Shown here one piece after another: positions 20,530 through 30,017 of a DNA stretch of 64,000 bases (its first letter is position 1; every line of letters begins with the position of its first letter). The notes below the pieces were generated by a model, which made no database searches, was not told the origin of the DNA, and was given only the letters and a program-made list of their open reading frames with translations. The stretch lies in the NCBI GenBank assembly GCA_023205875.1, contig CP060761.1, positions 310,001 through 374,000 on the forward strand, in the 5' to 3' direction. The DNA is from Chloropicon primus (Eukaryota). A program made the translations under genes and the position numbers.

Positions 20530-22125
20530 TCACTGCGAGGATTGAGACGGCGGGGTCACGCCGATGTGCCAGTAGTCTCTGGGGGTTCCGCCGTTCTCGT
20601 CGTTCTCGTTCCTGTACTTGTCGTACTTGGAGAGATCGACCTTGGCCTTGGCCTTCTTCTTCTCGTCCACGACCACGCAGCAGTCCTCGGAAGCCTCCTC
20701 CGTCTGCTGGCTCGAGGGCCTCTTCAGCTCCAGGGGACCGCTGGTGCGCCTGCTCCTCAGCTGGGACACGAAGAACTCATCGATGCCTTCGCTGAAGATC
20801 TTCCTTTGCTTCAGGCTGCTCCCCCCCGGCTTCGAACCGAGACCTTGGTCGGCCCTCGACCTCTTGCGAGGGATCCAGCCCGGGGAGTCGGCCTCCTTCT
20901 TCGGGCCCTCGGCCTCCTTGCCGTCGCCCCCGAGGCGACTCTGCCTCCTCCTTGGACTGGTAAAGCAAGAGAGGACCCGCGAGGACGAGCCGCCAGCGTT
21001 GTCGGACTCCGTCTGCGATGGTCCCACCTCTACGTCCAAGTCCAAGTCGTCCAAGTCGTCCAAGACTTCCCTTCTTGCTTCTGGCTTCGCCTCCTCCGCT
21101 TTCACGACGAGCTTGGCGTCCGTCTCTCGAGCAGCAACCCCTTGGGCTTCGGGCTCCCTCCCTCCCTCCTCCGCACCAGTTTCGCCCCCTGCATCTTCAG
21201 CCGCAAGACCCCCCTGGGCTCGCGTGCACCTCTCCTTGTACTCCCTCGCTTTCTTCTTCACCCGGTCGTACTTGACTCTCAAACTGTCCAGCTCCCTCCT
21301 CAAGCGATTGTTCTCCCTCTCTTGCTGGCTCGTCACGACGTCCGTGCTCTTGCTCAAATCGTTGTATCTTTGCTGGATCTCCTCCTCCGACTTTCTGCTT
21401 TCCAGGAACTTGTCCGAGAAGTGAACCGCTTCCTTCCTCAGGTTCTCCTTCTGCCTCCGCAAGGCCAGAACCTCCTCCTCCTTCTCCGCCACCTCAGCCT
21501 CAAGCTTCATCACCCTCTCCCGATGCAAGCTCTCGCTCTTGCCCCTCTCCTTCTTCAGCTCGTGGTTCTCCTGCGTCAGGGTCTCCACTCCACCCGCCTT
21601 GGCCTCCAGCCTCACCCTGGCTTCCCTCCAGGCCCTCTGCTCTCGCTCCCTCTCCACCAGCTTCACCCTCAGTCCCACCACCTCCTGCTCAAACTCAAAC
21701 ACCTTGTTCGACAATTCATTCAGGGCAGATCCGCTTGAGCTTGCAAGACGCACAAGAGCACGCCTCATCTCATCCCCTTTCCTCGTCATCCCCTCCTCCT
21801 CCTCCTCCTCCTCCTCCTCCTCCATCTCCATCCCCATGGTCACGGCATCCTTGGGCAAGCTGTTGTTGTTCATGCTCGGCGTCGACGTCACGAGGCTAGA
21901 AAAGTCCGTCGGTGGAACCATGCCAGGAGACGGATCATACGCCGTCCCCGAAACCAAACCCGAACCGCCGTGCCCCTGCATCGCCGCACGAACGTCTTGC
22001 CTAAACTTTGTCTGCACCGTTCCACTCTCCAGCATCTTCATCTTCCTTTCGAGCTTCTTCCTCATCCCTTCGTCGTCGTCGTCGTCGGTCGAGGCGGCTC
22101 TGAGTGAGAACGAGGGTGACGCCAT
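20530..22125 (-). CDS. Coiled-coil protein of unknown function (weak CtIP/COM1-like C-terminal motif)
   Basis: 531-aa ORF with central coiled coil; ends TPRDYWHIGVTPPSQSSQ. Confidence 0.7.
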   Translation of the reverse strand: MASPSFSLRAASTDDDDDEGMRKKLERKMKMLESGTVQTKFRQDVRAAMQGHGGSGLVSGTAYDPSPGMVPPTDFSSLVTSTPSMNNNSLPKDAVTMGMEMEEEEEEEEEEGMTRKGDEMRRALVRLASSSGSALNELSNKVFEFEQEVVGLRVKLVEREREQRAWREARVRLEAKAGGVETLTQENHELKKERGKSESLHRERVMKLEAEVAEKEEEVLALRRQKENLRKEAVHFSDKFLESRKSEEEIQQRYNDLSKSTDVVTSQQERENNRLRRELDSLRVKYDRVKKKAREYKERCTRAQGGLAAEDAGGETGAEEGGREPEAQGVAARETDAKLVVKAEEAKPEARREVLDDLDDLDLDVEVGPSQTESDNAGGSSSRVLSCFTSPRRRQSRLGGDGKEAEGPKKEADSPGWIPRKRSRADQGLGSKPGGSSLKQRKIFSEGIDEFFVSQLRSRRTSGPLELKRPSSQQTEEASEDCCVVVDEKKKAKAKVDLSKYDKYRNENDENGGTPRDYWHIGVTPPSQSSQ

Positions 22126-22760
22126 GGCTGTCCACCCTCCTCGTCCACGTCGCCGTCGCCTTGGCGCGCGCTCTCGTCGTCCTCCTCCTCCTCGCCGCGC
22201 CCTGCGACTGCCAAAGGTCTTGTCCCTTGGCGAAGGAGGGAGGCGCCTCGGAGAGCGATTGGAGTGAGGAGGGAAGGAAGAGGAAGTGGAAATACGAAAG
22301 GGACGAGGAATCGCGAAAGTACGTCTCGAGATCTTTCCATTGATACTTTCATCGTCCCGTTTGGTGCTCGGAGTGGTCCAGGAGGTCCATTTAGAGCGAG
22401 GAAGGAGGCAGCGAGGAGGAGTTTTAGGTGAGCGAGAACGAGGGCCAGAACGCGGTGGGCGGCGAGAGGAGAGGGGAAAGCGAGGCAGGAGGAAGGATCA
22501 TCTCTTTGGTATTCGAAAGTGTGGTCGATCCAAGGAAGAGACGCTCTGGTGAGGATAGGAGCGACGAGAGAGGGGAGATCCCTGCAGAGGGAGAGAGGGA
22601 AGGTGGAGAGCAGGGTGGTGGTGGTGCCGCGGGACTTCACCTTCGGTCCAGGATTTCGGGGTCGGGGAACGGTTTCATTGCTGTTTAGAGAAGGATTGGT
22701 TGGATGAGGTGCAGACTTCTCGAGTGGTGAGGGTCTGGTGAAGGAGGCCGAGGACGGCAT

Positions 22761-24526
22761 ATGTGCGGCATCCTGGCAATCCTGCTGCTGAAGGGGGACT
22801 TGGGCCCCGGGTCTGCTCCGGCAGATGGTCGCTCCGTGGGCGGATGGGAAGACGGGGCAGAGTGGTGGATGAGGAATCGAGGCCCGGACGGGCAGAGCGA
22901 GGAGAGGAGACATATCGGGGAGGAGGGCGGCCTCTTGCTGAGAGCAAGCCTGCTGCAGGTGAGGGGCGGGGCCAAGCTTGGTGGGCCACAGCTGGCCGAT
23001 GGTCTCGGCAACGTCTTGTGCTTCAATGGGGAAATCTACTCAGGGCTGTCAGAACTTGGCCAGGGAGTGAATGACGGTGCAGCTCTTCTCTCGGAGCTTG
23101 GGGCGAGTCCGGAGGGGGGGGCAGCAGGAGTCTTCTCTCGGCTGAGGGGTCCCTGGGCAGCCATCTTTTGGGAGGAAGGCACGCAGACACTTTGGTACGG
23201 AAGGGACGTCATAGGGCGACGGAGCTTGCTGCGATTCAAGGGCGACGACCGTCTCGTGCTCTCGTCCGTCTCCCTCTCGCCCTTCGATGCGCCAGAGGAA
23301 GTGAGAAGTGCGTGGGAAGAGGTTCCGCCGGGCATCTACAGCGTCTCCCTAGCCAGCGCTGTCGGCAGCAATGCAGTGCCCGAGCCCCTTCATCACGAGT
23401 GGGTCGATCCCATTCCCGCTGCACTCGCACAGAGGGGCAAGGAGGAGCCTTCTTCAGGTCCTGGTCCCACCGAAGGCGGACTCGACGTCATGGCCAGCGC
23501 GGAGCACCTGTTGAGGCTGCTCAGAAATTCGGTGAAACTCCGGTGCTCCTTGGTCGACCACAGGTACGATCATTCCCAGGGCGTCGGTGATTTGCCCCAA
23601 GCGAAGGTGGCGGTCTTGTACAGCGGGGGTCTGGACTCGGCGATCCTGGCAGCGCTTGCCGGAGAAGCCGTCGAGGGCCCCATCGACCTCATCAACGTTT
23701 GCTTTGTGGGCGGGAAATCTCCAGATAGGCTCGCTGCCTTGGAGGGTCTGAGGGATCTCTCAGAATCTGGTCGAGAGTACCGGCTCGTAGAGGTTGATTC
23801 GACGCTGCAGGAAGTGGACGCAATGCGAAGCCGCCTCTTGCAGCTCTTGCAGCCAACCGAAACCATCATGGATCTCAACATTGGAGCATCCTTGAGCATT
23901 GCGGCGCGTTGCAAAGGAAGGCTGAAACGGTTTCAAGATGGGGGATAGTAACGGTGAGTGAGGACTACACCTCGGCGGCCAGAGTGATTCTCTGCGGGCA
24001 GGGCGCCGATGAGCAATGCGGAGGTAAGCGGACGGGAGTCTTCGAACCCCTTCGGTCTCGTCCTGTCTCGACTGACACGAAAACTTTGCTAGGGTATGGC
24101 AGGCACAAGACGAAGTTCCAGAACGGTGGCTGGCCCGCTCTCTCCAAGGAGATCGAGCACGACGTCAATCGGTTGTGGAGGCGCAACCTCGGAAGGGATG
24201 ACAGGGTGATATCGGATCAAGGCCGAGAAGCGAGATTCCCTTTCTTGGACGAGGATGTCGCCCTGTCTTTGCACAAGATGGCCGTGGAGGTCAAGTGCGA
24301 TCCATTAAAGCCCCTCGGGGAAGGGGACAAGCAGGTGCTGAGGGTGATGGCCAAGAATTTCCTCCCTGGGTTGGCTAGAGCCTCTCAGAGGCCAAAGAGG
24401 GCCATTCAGTTTGGAACGAGAATTGCTAAACTTGCGAACGCGAGGGACTTTGGAAGCAATCGGGCTGCAAACATGGCCAGCGCCGGCTCCGTCGTGCTGC
24501 CCGAGTTCGACGCTGTAGGAAGATAA
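22761..24526 (+). CDS. ASNSD1: Asparagine synthetase domain-containing protein 1-like, with apparent +1 frameshift at 23940-23944 and intron 24024-24092
   Basis: MCGI start, RGPD, FNGEIY, GRDVIGRRSL, SGGLDS, DLNIG, GQGADEQCGGY, RNLGRDDR, RFPFLDE, KRAIQFG, split over two frames. Confidence 0.88.
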
Positions 24527-24644
24527 GAAAGCAAAAAAATAAGTGTTTTATGTAAAATGTAGGGGGGGCTCTTATAACCCCCGCCAATAATGCAAAAAAA
24601 TGAGTCGTCTCCAATCAAAATTGTTTCTCCCCCGCGCTTCACAA

Positions 24645-26432
24645 CTAGGAAGTCCCCACGCTCAGCTTTGAAAGCTCTTGAAATCGCGTGGGATTCACCG
24701 TCCTCAAGTGTTGCTCAACATCTTTCGTGAGCATCTTGTATAAAACCCAAACATAAGCAGCTCCCCCACCGAGGGAAAAGGCCAGGAGAAGAAAGTCCCC
24801 GGCTGTCATCTTCCCGTGGCCCATCGCCGACACCACGAAGGAGCCCAGCATGAACACGTTTGCAAGGATGACCACCACCGATATTGTGAGGGATATCCAC
24901 TTCTCCGTTCCCTTCACCACCATGGGCCCCATCAGCTTTTTGCTGCACACGAACTTCACCAAAGGGATGAGCGCGAACGGCAGCTCGAAACTCAAGACCA
25001 CGGAACTGAACACGATGAGTTCTTCCGACCCGCTTTCCCCTGCTACTATAGTCACGAGCAAGCTCGGGACGATTGCCACAGACCTCGTGATAAACGCCCT
25101 GAGAGCTGGCTTCAGGTTGAAATCCACAAAGCCCTCCATCACGTACTGGCCCGCGAGCGTGCCGGTCATGGTGCTGGACAATCCAGACGCAAGAAGAGCA
25201 CACCCAAAGAAGGTCTTCGCCGCAGTCCCAAGCACGTTCTTCAGCATGGTCGGCGCATTCTGCAGCGGCTGGTCGATCAGCTTTTGCTTCTCCTCCTCGG
25301 ATACTCCCTCCACCGTGGAGTGAGCCACAATCACAACGGCAACGTTGATGAAGAGGGAAAAGCCGAGGGCCAGGGCAGACTCCAGCCCGCCGTAGAAAAC
25401 GACAAGCTTCGTTTGCTTCACGTCCACAGGGAGCCCAGACTTTCCCTTTCTCTTGTCCGCTCCCTTACCCAAGTCGTAAGAGGGTCCCGACTCGGACGTG
25501 TTCAACCGATGGAACTCCTGCTTCTCACCGATGGTTCTCATCTCTATCCTGCTCGGGTCCGTCTCCTTGTCTCTGGCGAGGACCAGCGCCGAGTGCAAGA
25601 AGAGGTTGTGGGGCATCACAAGGGCGCCGAGCATGCCGACCGCGATGTAGGCACTCGTCGCGATCGGTTTCTTCAAGTACCCAAAAGAGAACAAGCCGGC
25701 GAAAACATCGCCGGCCGAGACGTGGTCCCCAACGTAGCTGAGCTCAGCGACAAAGCAGCAGCTGATGATGCCAACGAGGAAGGCGAAGAAAATTTCCAGG
25801 ACCCTTGCGCCTAGCTGCTGCAGAAGCAGGAAAAGCATCGCGCTCGTGGAAGTCACCAATATTCCCGCGGTGACCGGTATGCCGAAAAGCATCTTGAGTG
25901 CGAACGCCGTTCCTATCACTTCGGGGATGTCGCTGGCGATGATCGCCAGCTCGGACAGAATCCACAGGGCCTTGCTCTGGAGCGGCGTGTACTCGTGCCG
26001 ACACATCTGGCTCAGGTGCCTGCCCGTGGTGACCGCCAGCCTGATACAGAGTATCTGCACCAAGAGGCCCGCGCCCGTCGCGATCAGCAGCACCCAGAGA
26101 AGGCTCGAGCCGAACTGGGCACCCGCCTGCATGTCCACCTCGAAGTTTCCCGGATCCACATACGCTATCGTGATGAGGAACCCCGGCCCCAGGAAACTCA
26201 AGCAGTCCTTCACCCTCAGCTCCCCGAATATGCTCTCGTCATACAACCGTGCCGCTCCCTTCTCGAAGTTGTACGTGTCCTCCTGGACTTGAGAGGGCGG
26301 CGAGGTCGACACGCTCGAGGACCCCGGACCCGAGGACAACAACGACGGATTCGACAGTATCTCCGTCTCCTCCTCGCTCCCCGCCCTCTCCAAGTCCTTC
26401 AGCGACCCAGAGGACCCGGAACCGAACCCCAT
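24645..26432 (-). CDS. NRAMP family divalent metal transporter
   Basis: GPGFLITIAYVDPGN, DIPEVIGTA, VMPHNLFLHSALV, SSTMTGTLAGQYVMEGF, LSFELPFALIPL. Confidence 0.93.
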   Translation of the reverse strand: MGFGSGSSGSLKDLERAGSEEETEILSNPSLLSSGPGSSSVSTSPPSQVQEDTYNFEKGAARLYDESIFGELRVKDCLSFLGPGFLITIAYVDPGNFEVDMQAGAQFGSSLLWVLLIATGAGLLVQILCIRLAVTTGRHLSQMCRHEYTPLQSKALWILSELAIIASDIPEVIGTAFALKMLFGIPVTAGILVTSTSAMLFLLLQQLGARVLEIFFAFLVGIISCCFVAELSYVGDHVSAGDVFAGLFSFGYLKKPIATSAYIAVGMLGALVMPHNLFLHSALVLARDKETDPSRIEMRTIGEKQEFHRLNTSESGPSYDLGKGADKRKGKSGLPVDVKQTKLVVFYGGLESALALGFSLFINVAVVIVAHSTVEGVSEEEKQKLIDQPLQNAPTMLKNVLGTAAKTFFGCALLASGLSSTMTGTLAGQYVMEGFVDFNLKPALRAFITRSVAIVPSLLVTIVAGESGSEELIVFSSVVLSFELPFALIPLVKFVCSKKLMGPMVVKGTEKWISLTISVVVILANVFMLGSFVVSAMGHGKMTAGDFLLLAFSLGGGAAYVWVLYKMLTKDVEQHLRTVNPTRFQELSKLSVGTS

Positions 26433-27197
26433 CGCTCCTCGCTCCGTCACCTGCCAAACCAAAACACACCTCCGTCAGTGTTTCATCCTCCACACGTCGC
26501 CAAATCGTTCGACCGAGCGAGCGTTCGAAACAGCGAGAGGCAAGGATGATCTCTGAACCCCCTCTCCCTTCCGTTCCCTCCCCCTCGTCCCCTAACCTGG
26601 CCTCCCACTTACCTGAATCACCTTGACAACAACAGAAAAGCACTCGTTTCAGTCTCCGTCATCCTCAATCCGTCTCCAAATGTTTCAAGCGAGGGGTCTA
26701 CGGAAAGTTCAGATCACGAAGGTTCCCCTTGAAGCTCTCTCTCTCTCCCTCCTCCTCGTCCTCGTCCCCTAGAACCGCCTGACAACTTACCTCCTCCTCC
26801 CTTCGTCAGCCGCCGAGCGCTCGAGAGAGATCTCTTACATCATCTCCAGTAAGGAACTTGAGGGAGGAGCTGCGATTGGTTGGAGTGGAAGGGCGACGGC
26901 GAGAAGGACGAAGGGATTAGGAACGGGAAGAGGACGCATCGCGAAACAGCGTCTCTTGATCTTTCGAAAGAGCCCTCAATCGACTCGTTTGGTTCTCGGA
27001 TGGGTCGCCAACTTTTGTCATCAAGGCATTTGAGGGCAGCCAGGAGCAGGAGTGGCGTGGCTTTGTGACGCGGTGGAGATCGAGGGAGGCGGATCCGGAG
27101 GAAGAGGGCGCGGCGAAGCAAAGCGTTGACTCGCGATATTTCGATTTGTGGGGCGCACGAAAGGATTATCTCGTCGTTTGTGTGGAGTGTCGAGCGA

Positions 27198-28199
27198 ATG
27201 AGCGGCGGAGTGATGGAGTCTTCGAGCGGGAGGGCTGAGGAGGGAGGAGGTCTCACGAGGGAGGAGGAGGCGATACTGGACAGGCAGATCAGGGTGTGGG
27301 GCGTGGACACGCAGTGCGCGATAAGGAACGCGAAGGTTGCCGTCATCGTTCTCTCCAGCGAACCGAACCTGTCCTTCCTCGGCACCACCAAGGAGGAGAT
27401 CCACAGGAACCTCGTGGACATGAACCCCAGGATGGCGGTGAAGGTGCTCGTGTCGTCGGCCTCTGAGTCGGTGGGAAGCGGGGCGAATGCTTTGGATTCG
27501 GGCCACCGTGGTCACGTCACGGCGGCCGAGGTCGTCAAGAATTTGACCCTGGCGGGGGTGGGGCACCTCGAGGTCGTGTTCGGGCCCGCCTCGAGCCTCG
27601 ACCTCGCGGCGGTCGTTTCCAAGCACGACGTTGCCGTCGTCTTCGGGAAGAGCGTCGTTGGGATCAACCGGGTCGCGGAGTCCCTGATCTCGGGCGGGCT
27701 GGCGACGACAGTGTTCTCGTCCAGCGTGAGGGGGGGCTGCGGCTACGCCTTCCTCAGGAGGCCCAACGACCCGGCGTTCAGCAAGTCCACCACCCTGGCC
27801 GCGGCCCTCGGCTCGTTGGGCTTGGGGCAGATCCACCGCCCGCGCAAAGTGAACAAGATGTACTTCCTGCTGAGGGTCGTGTACGCGCACGAGAAGTCCG
27901 GAGGAGGAGGTCACGAAAAGGGTCCGAGTCTGGCCGAGAAGGACGCGATCCTTTCGCTGGCGCACGGGGAGATCCCCGAGGAGAACCTCCGGCCACCCGA
28001 GGAGCTGGTTATGAATTACCTCGAGACGGAGGAGGAGATGCCCGCGGTGTCCGCGATCATCGGGGGGTCCCTCGCCCAGGAAGTCATCAAGGCAATATCC
28101 GGGAAGGGCGAGTTGATGAACAACTTTTACTTTTTCAGTGCTTACGGAAGCAAGGACAGCGGCGAGGCCAAGGTGGAGAAGCTAGCACTGGCAGAATAG
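27198..28199 (+). CDS. SAE1: SUMO-activating enzyme subunit 1 (SAE1/AOS1)-like, with internal blocks in non-canonical order
   Basis: LDRQIRVWGVD.Q, AEVVKNLTLAGV, L.DMNP..V.V, EMPAVSAIIGG.LAQEVIKAISGK...NNFYFF. Confidence 0.82.
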   Translation: MSGGVMESSSGRAEEGGGLTREEEAILDRQIRVWGVDTQCAIRNAKVAVIVLSSEPNLSFLGTTKEEIHRNLVDMNPRMAVKVLVSSASESVGSGANALDSGHRGHVTAAEVVKNLTLAGVGHLEVVFGPASSLDLAAVVSKHDVAVVFGKSVVGINRVAESLISGGLATTVFSSSVRGGCGYAFLRRPNDPAFSKSTTLAAALGSLGLGQIHRPRKVNKMYFLLRVVYAHEKSGGGGHEKGPSLAEKDAILSLAHGEIPEENLRPPEELVMNYLETEEEMPAVSAIIGGSLAQEVIKAISGKGELMNNFYFFSAYGSKDSGEAKVEKLALAE

Positions 28200-28275
28200 T
28201 ACCGTAATGATTATTGTGTTGTAATCTACATGAACTCGTTGTTTGTGAGTTTACAGAGGAAGTCCATCCTCATCA

Positions 28276-29571
28276 TCAGAAAATGGAGGACCTTCTCACG
28301 GCGCTCGCCTTCTTCGAGCCGCCGCCGCTGCTCACAGACTGCCTGCGTGTCGTGCTCAAAGTCGAGGACCTCCGCTTGCTCTGGTGCTGCTCGAGCTGCA
28401 CCTGCCTCCTGTACTCCTCCAACTCCCTTAACTTTTGCTCTCTCATCGCATCGATCTCATCTTCTCTGAACTGGCTGTTTGGATTGCCCTCCTCCTGAGG
28501 AGGCTTGTTCTCGCTCTCCTCATCGGCCTGAGGGGTAAAGAATCGTTGGAAGACGGCCTTCCACTCCTGAATCCCCTCCCTGGCGTCATCCTGGCTCCCG
28601 CCGCCTCCCGCCTTGGGCCTTCCAATATCTCGAAGGTGGTCCGCGCCCCCCGGCATGAACAGAGGCTGCAAGTGGTCGTTCTGAACCGCCCCCTTGGAAG
28701 GGAGCTTCCTGTCCGCTCCCGTGAACAAGTAATGGTTCAGCACGTGCCGGAGATTGTTCAAAGTATTCCTCGAATCCTTAGAGTTGCTGCCTCCTTTGTT
28801 GCTGGTGTACACCAAAGTGGCACCGTTCGTGTGCGCCACGTAACGCAAGGTCCTGGCCATAATCTTCCTCAACTCGGCGTCCTCATCACAAAAAGTGTCG
28901 TACTTGTTCGCAGCAATGATCACGGATACTCCTGTGTGGTCAATCTTCCCATCATCCTCATGCTTGCTGCCGAAAGCCTTCTTGGCTCGAGCCTTGAGCT
29001 GCGAAGGTATCTTCGAGCCCCTCCGGTTGAACTTGTCATACACTTCGTCCAACCTCACTCTGACTCGCGCCAGCCATCCCGTCAAGCTGTTCAAGACCTC
29101 CCAAGGCCTCGAGAGATCGACCACAATGAGGACCGTAGCCGTAGCCACCTGCCTCGGGGTGATGAACAGGTTATCCGAATGAGCAACCTCCTTCTTGAAG
29201 CTTTCGGTGCCACTCACTTCCCAGATGTTCGCAACGTCTTTCCTCTCCACGTTTGCCAAGGAGGAGCTCTTCCTGGCGAAGGTGTAGTCCAATCCCTCCG
29301 TCGGCTTCGGTTTCGTTGCCGCCATGCGGTTCTTGTCACTCCCCCCTGGATGCAAAAAGGCATTGAGCAAAGTTGTCTTGCCACTGCCACGTTCACCGAC
29401 GATGAAGAGAAAGGCATCCGGTTTGCTTGCCGCTTGGGCGGTGTCCGTCTGCTTGCTCTCGATCTTCACCCGTTCGATGAGCTTGTGCCAGACACCTCCC
29501 TTGGTGTAGATTGCCTCCCGTGGCTTCTCCTTCTCCGCTGAAGCTGCGGAGGACGACGACGAGGGCGCCAT
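28276..29571 (-). CDS. DYNC2LI1: Cytoplasmic dynein-2 light intermediate chain (D1bLIC/DYNC2LI1)
   Basis: GERGSGKTTL, PKPTEGLDYTFARK, KDVANIWEVSG, IVVDLSRP, NKYD.F..D.E..KIMARTLRYVAH.NGA, GADHL.DIG. Confidence 0.9.
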   Translation of the reverse strand: MAPSSSSSAASAEKEKPREAIYTKGGVWHKLIERVKIESKQTDTAQAASKPDAFLFIVGERGSGKTTLLNAFLHPGGSDKNRMAATKPKPTEGLDYTFARKSSSLANVERKDVANIWEVSGTESFKKEVAHSDNLFITPRQVATATVLIVVDLSRPWEVLNSLTGWLARVRVRLDEVYDKFNRRGSKIPSQLKARAKKAFGSKHEDDGKIDHTGVSVIIAANKYDTFCDEDAELRKIMARTLRYVAHTNGATLVYTSNKGGSNSKDSRNTLNNLRHVLNHYLFTGADRKLPSKGAVQNDHLQPLFMPGGADHLRDIGRPKAGGGGSQDDAREGIQEWKAVFQRFFTPQADEESENKPPQEEGNPNSQFREDEIDAMREQKLRELEEYRRQVQLEQHQSKRRSSTLSTTRRQSVSSGGGSKKASAVRRSSIF

Positions 29572-29627
29572 CGTGACCAACTTTACGATGTCCCTTTGCT
29601 GCTTTACGATTCAAACGCACCAGGGTG

Positions 29628-29943
29628 GAGGGGGAGGAGGGGGGAGGAGGGGGATGAGGGCGATGATGGAGGCAGGGGGTGGTGCGAGAGGGTAGAGGGA
29701 GATGGCACCAGGGTTTGTTCTCTCTTTCCTCTTTCTCTTTCTCGGAGAGACCTCGCTTGAGGAGAATGATGATGAGGGAGGCAAGGGGAAAGGCCATCAT
29801 CAGGATGATGATCAGGGCGATGATGGAGGCAGGGGGTGGTGCGAGAGGGTAGAGGGAGATGGCACCAGGGTTTGTTCTCTCTTTCCTCTTCCTTTTTGTC
29901 GGAGAGACCTCGCTTGAGGAGAATGATGATGAGGAAGGGGAAA
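29628..29943. repeat. Second locus of 157-bp repeat family A (~2 copies)
   Basis: ATGGCACCAGGG at 29702 and 29859; near-identical to the 7197-7808 units, same orientation. Confidence 0.95.
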
Positions 29944-30017
29944 GTTTGTTGGGACAACACGGTGTTGAGGACTAGTATGTTTACAAAACAATGGTGGTTT
30001 ACAGGAAGGAATCGGAA

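Noticed and set aside
22104..22343. Signal-peptide-like 79-aa ORF
   Set aside because: GTG start, overlaps the start of the opposite-strand gene, and the hydrophobicity derives from CT-rich low-complexity sequence.
24024..24092. 23-aa insertion in the ASNSD1 GADE..GGY motif
   Set aside because: It is an in-frame 69-nt GTAAG...CTGAC...TAG intron.
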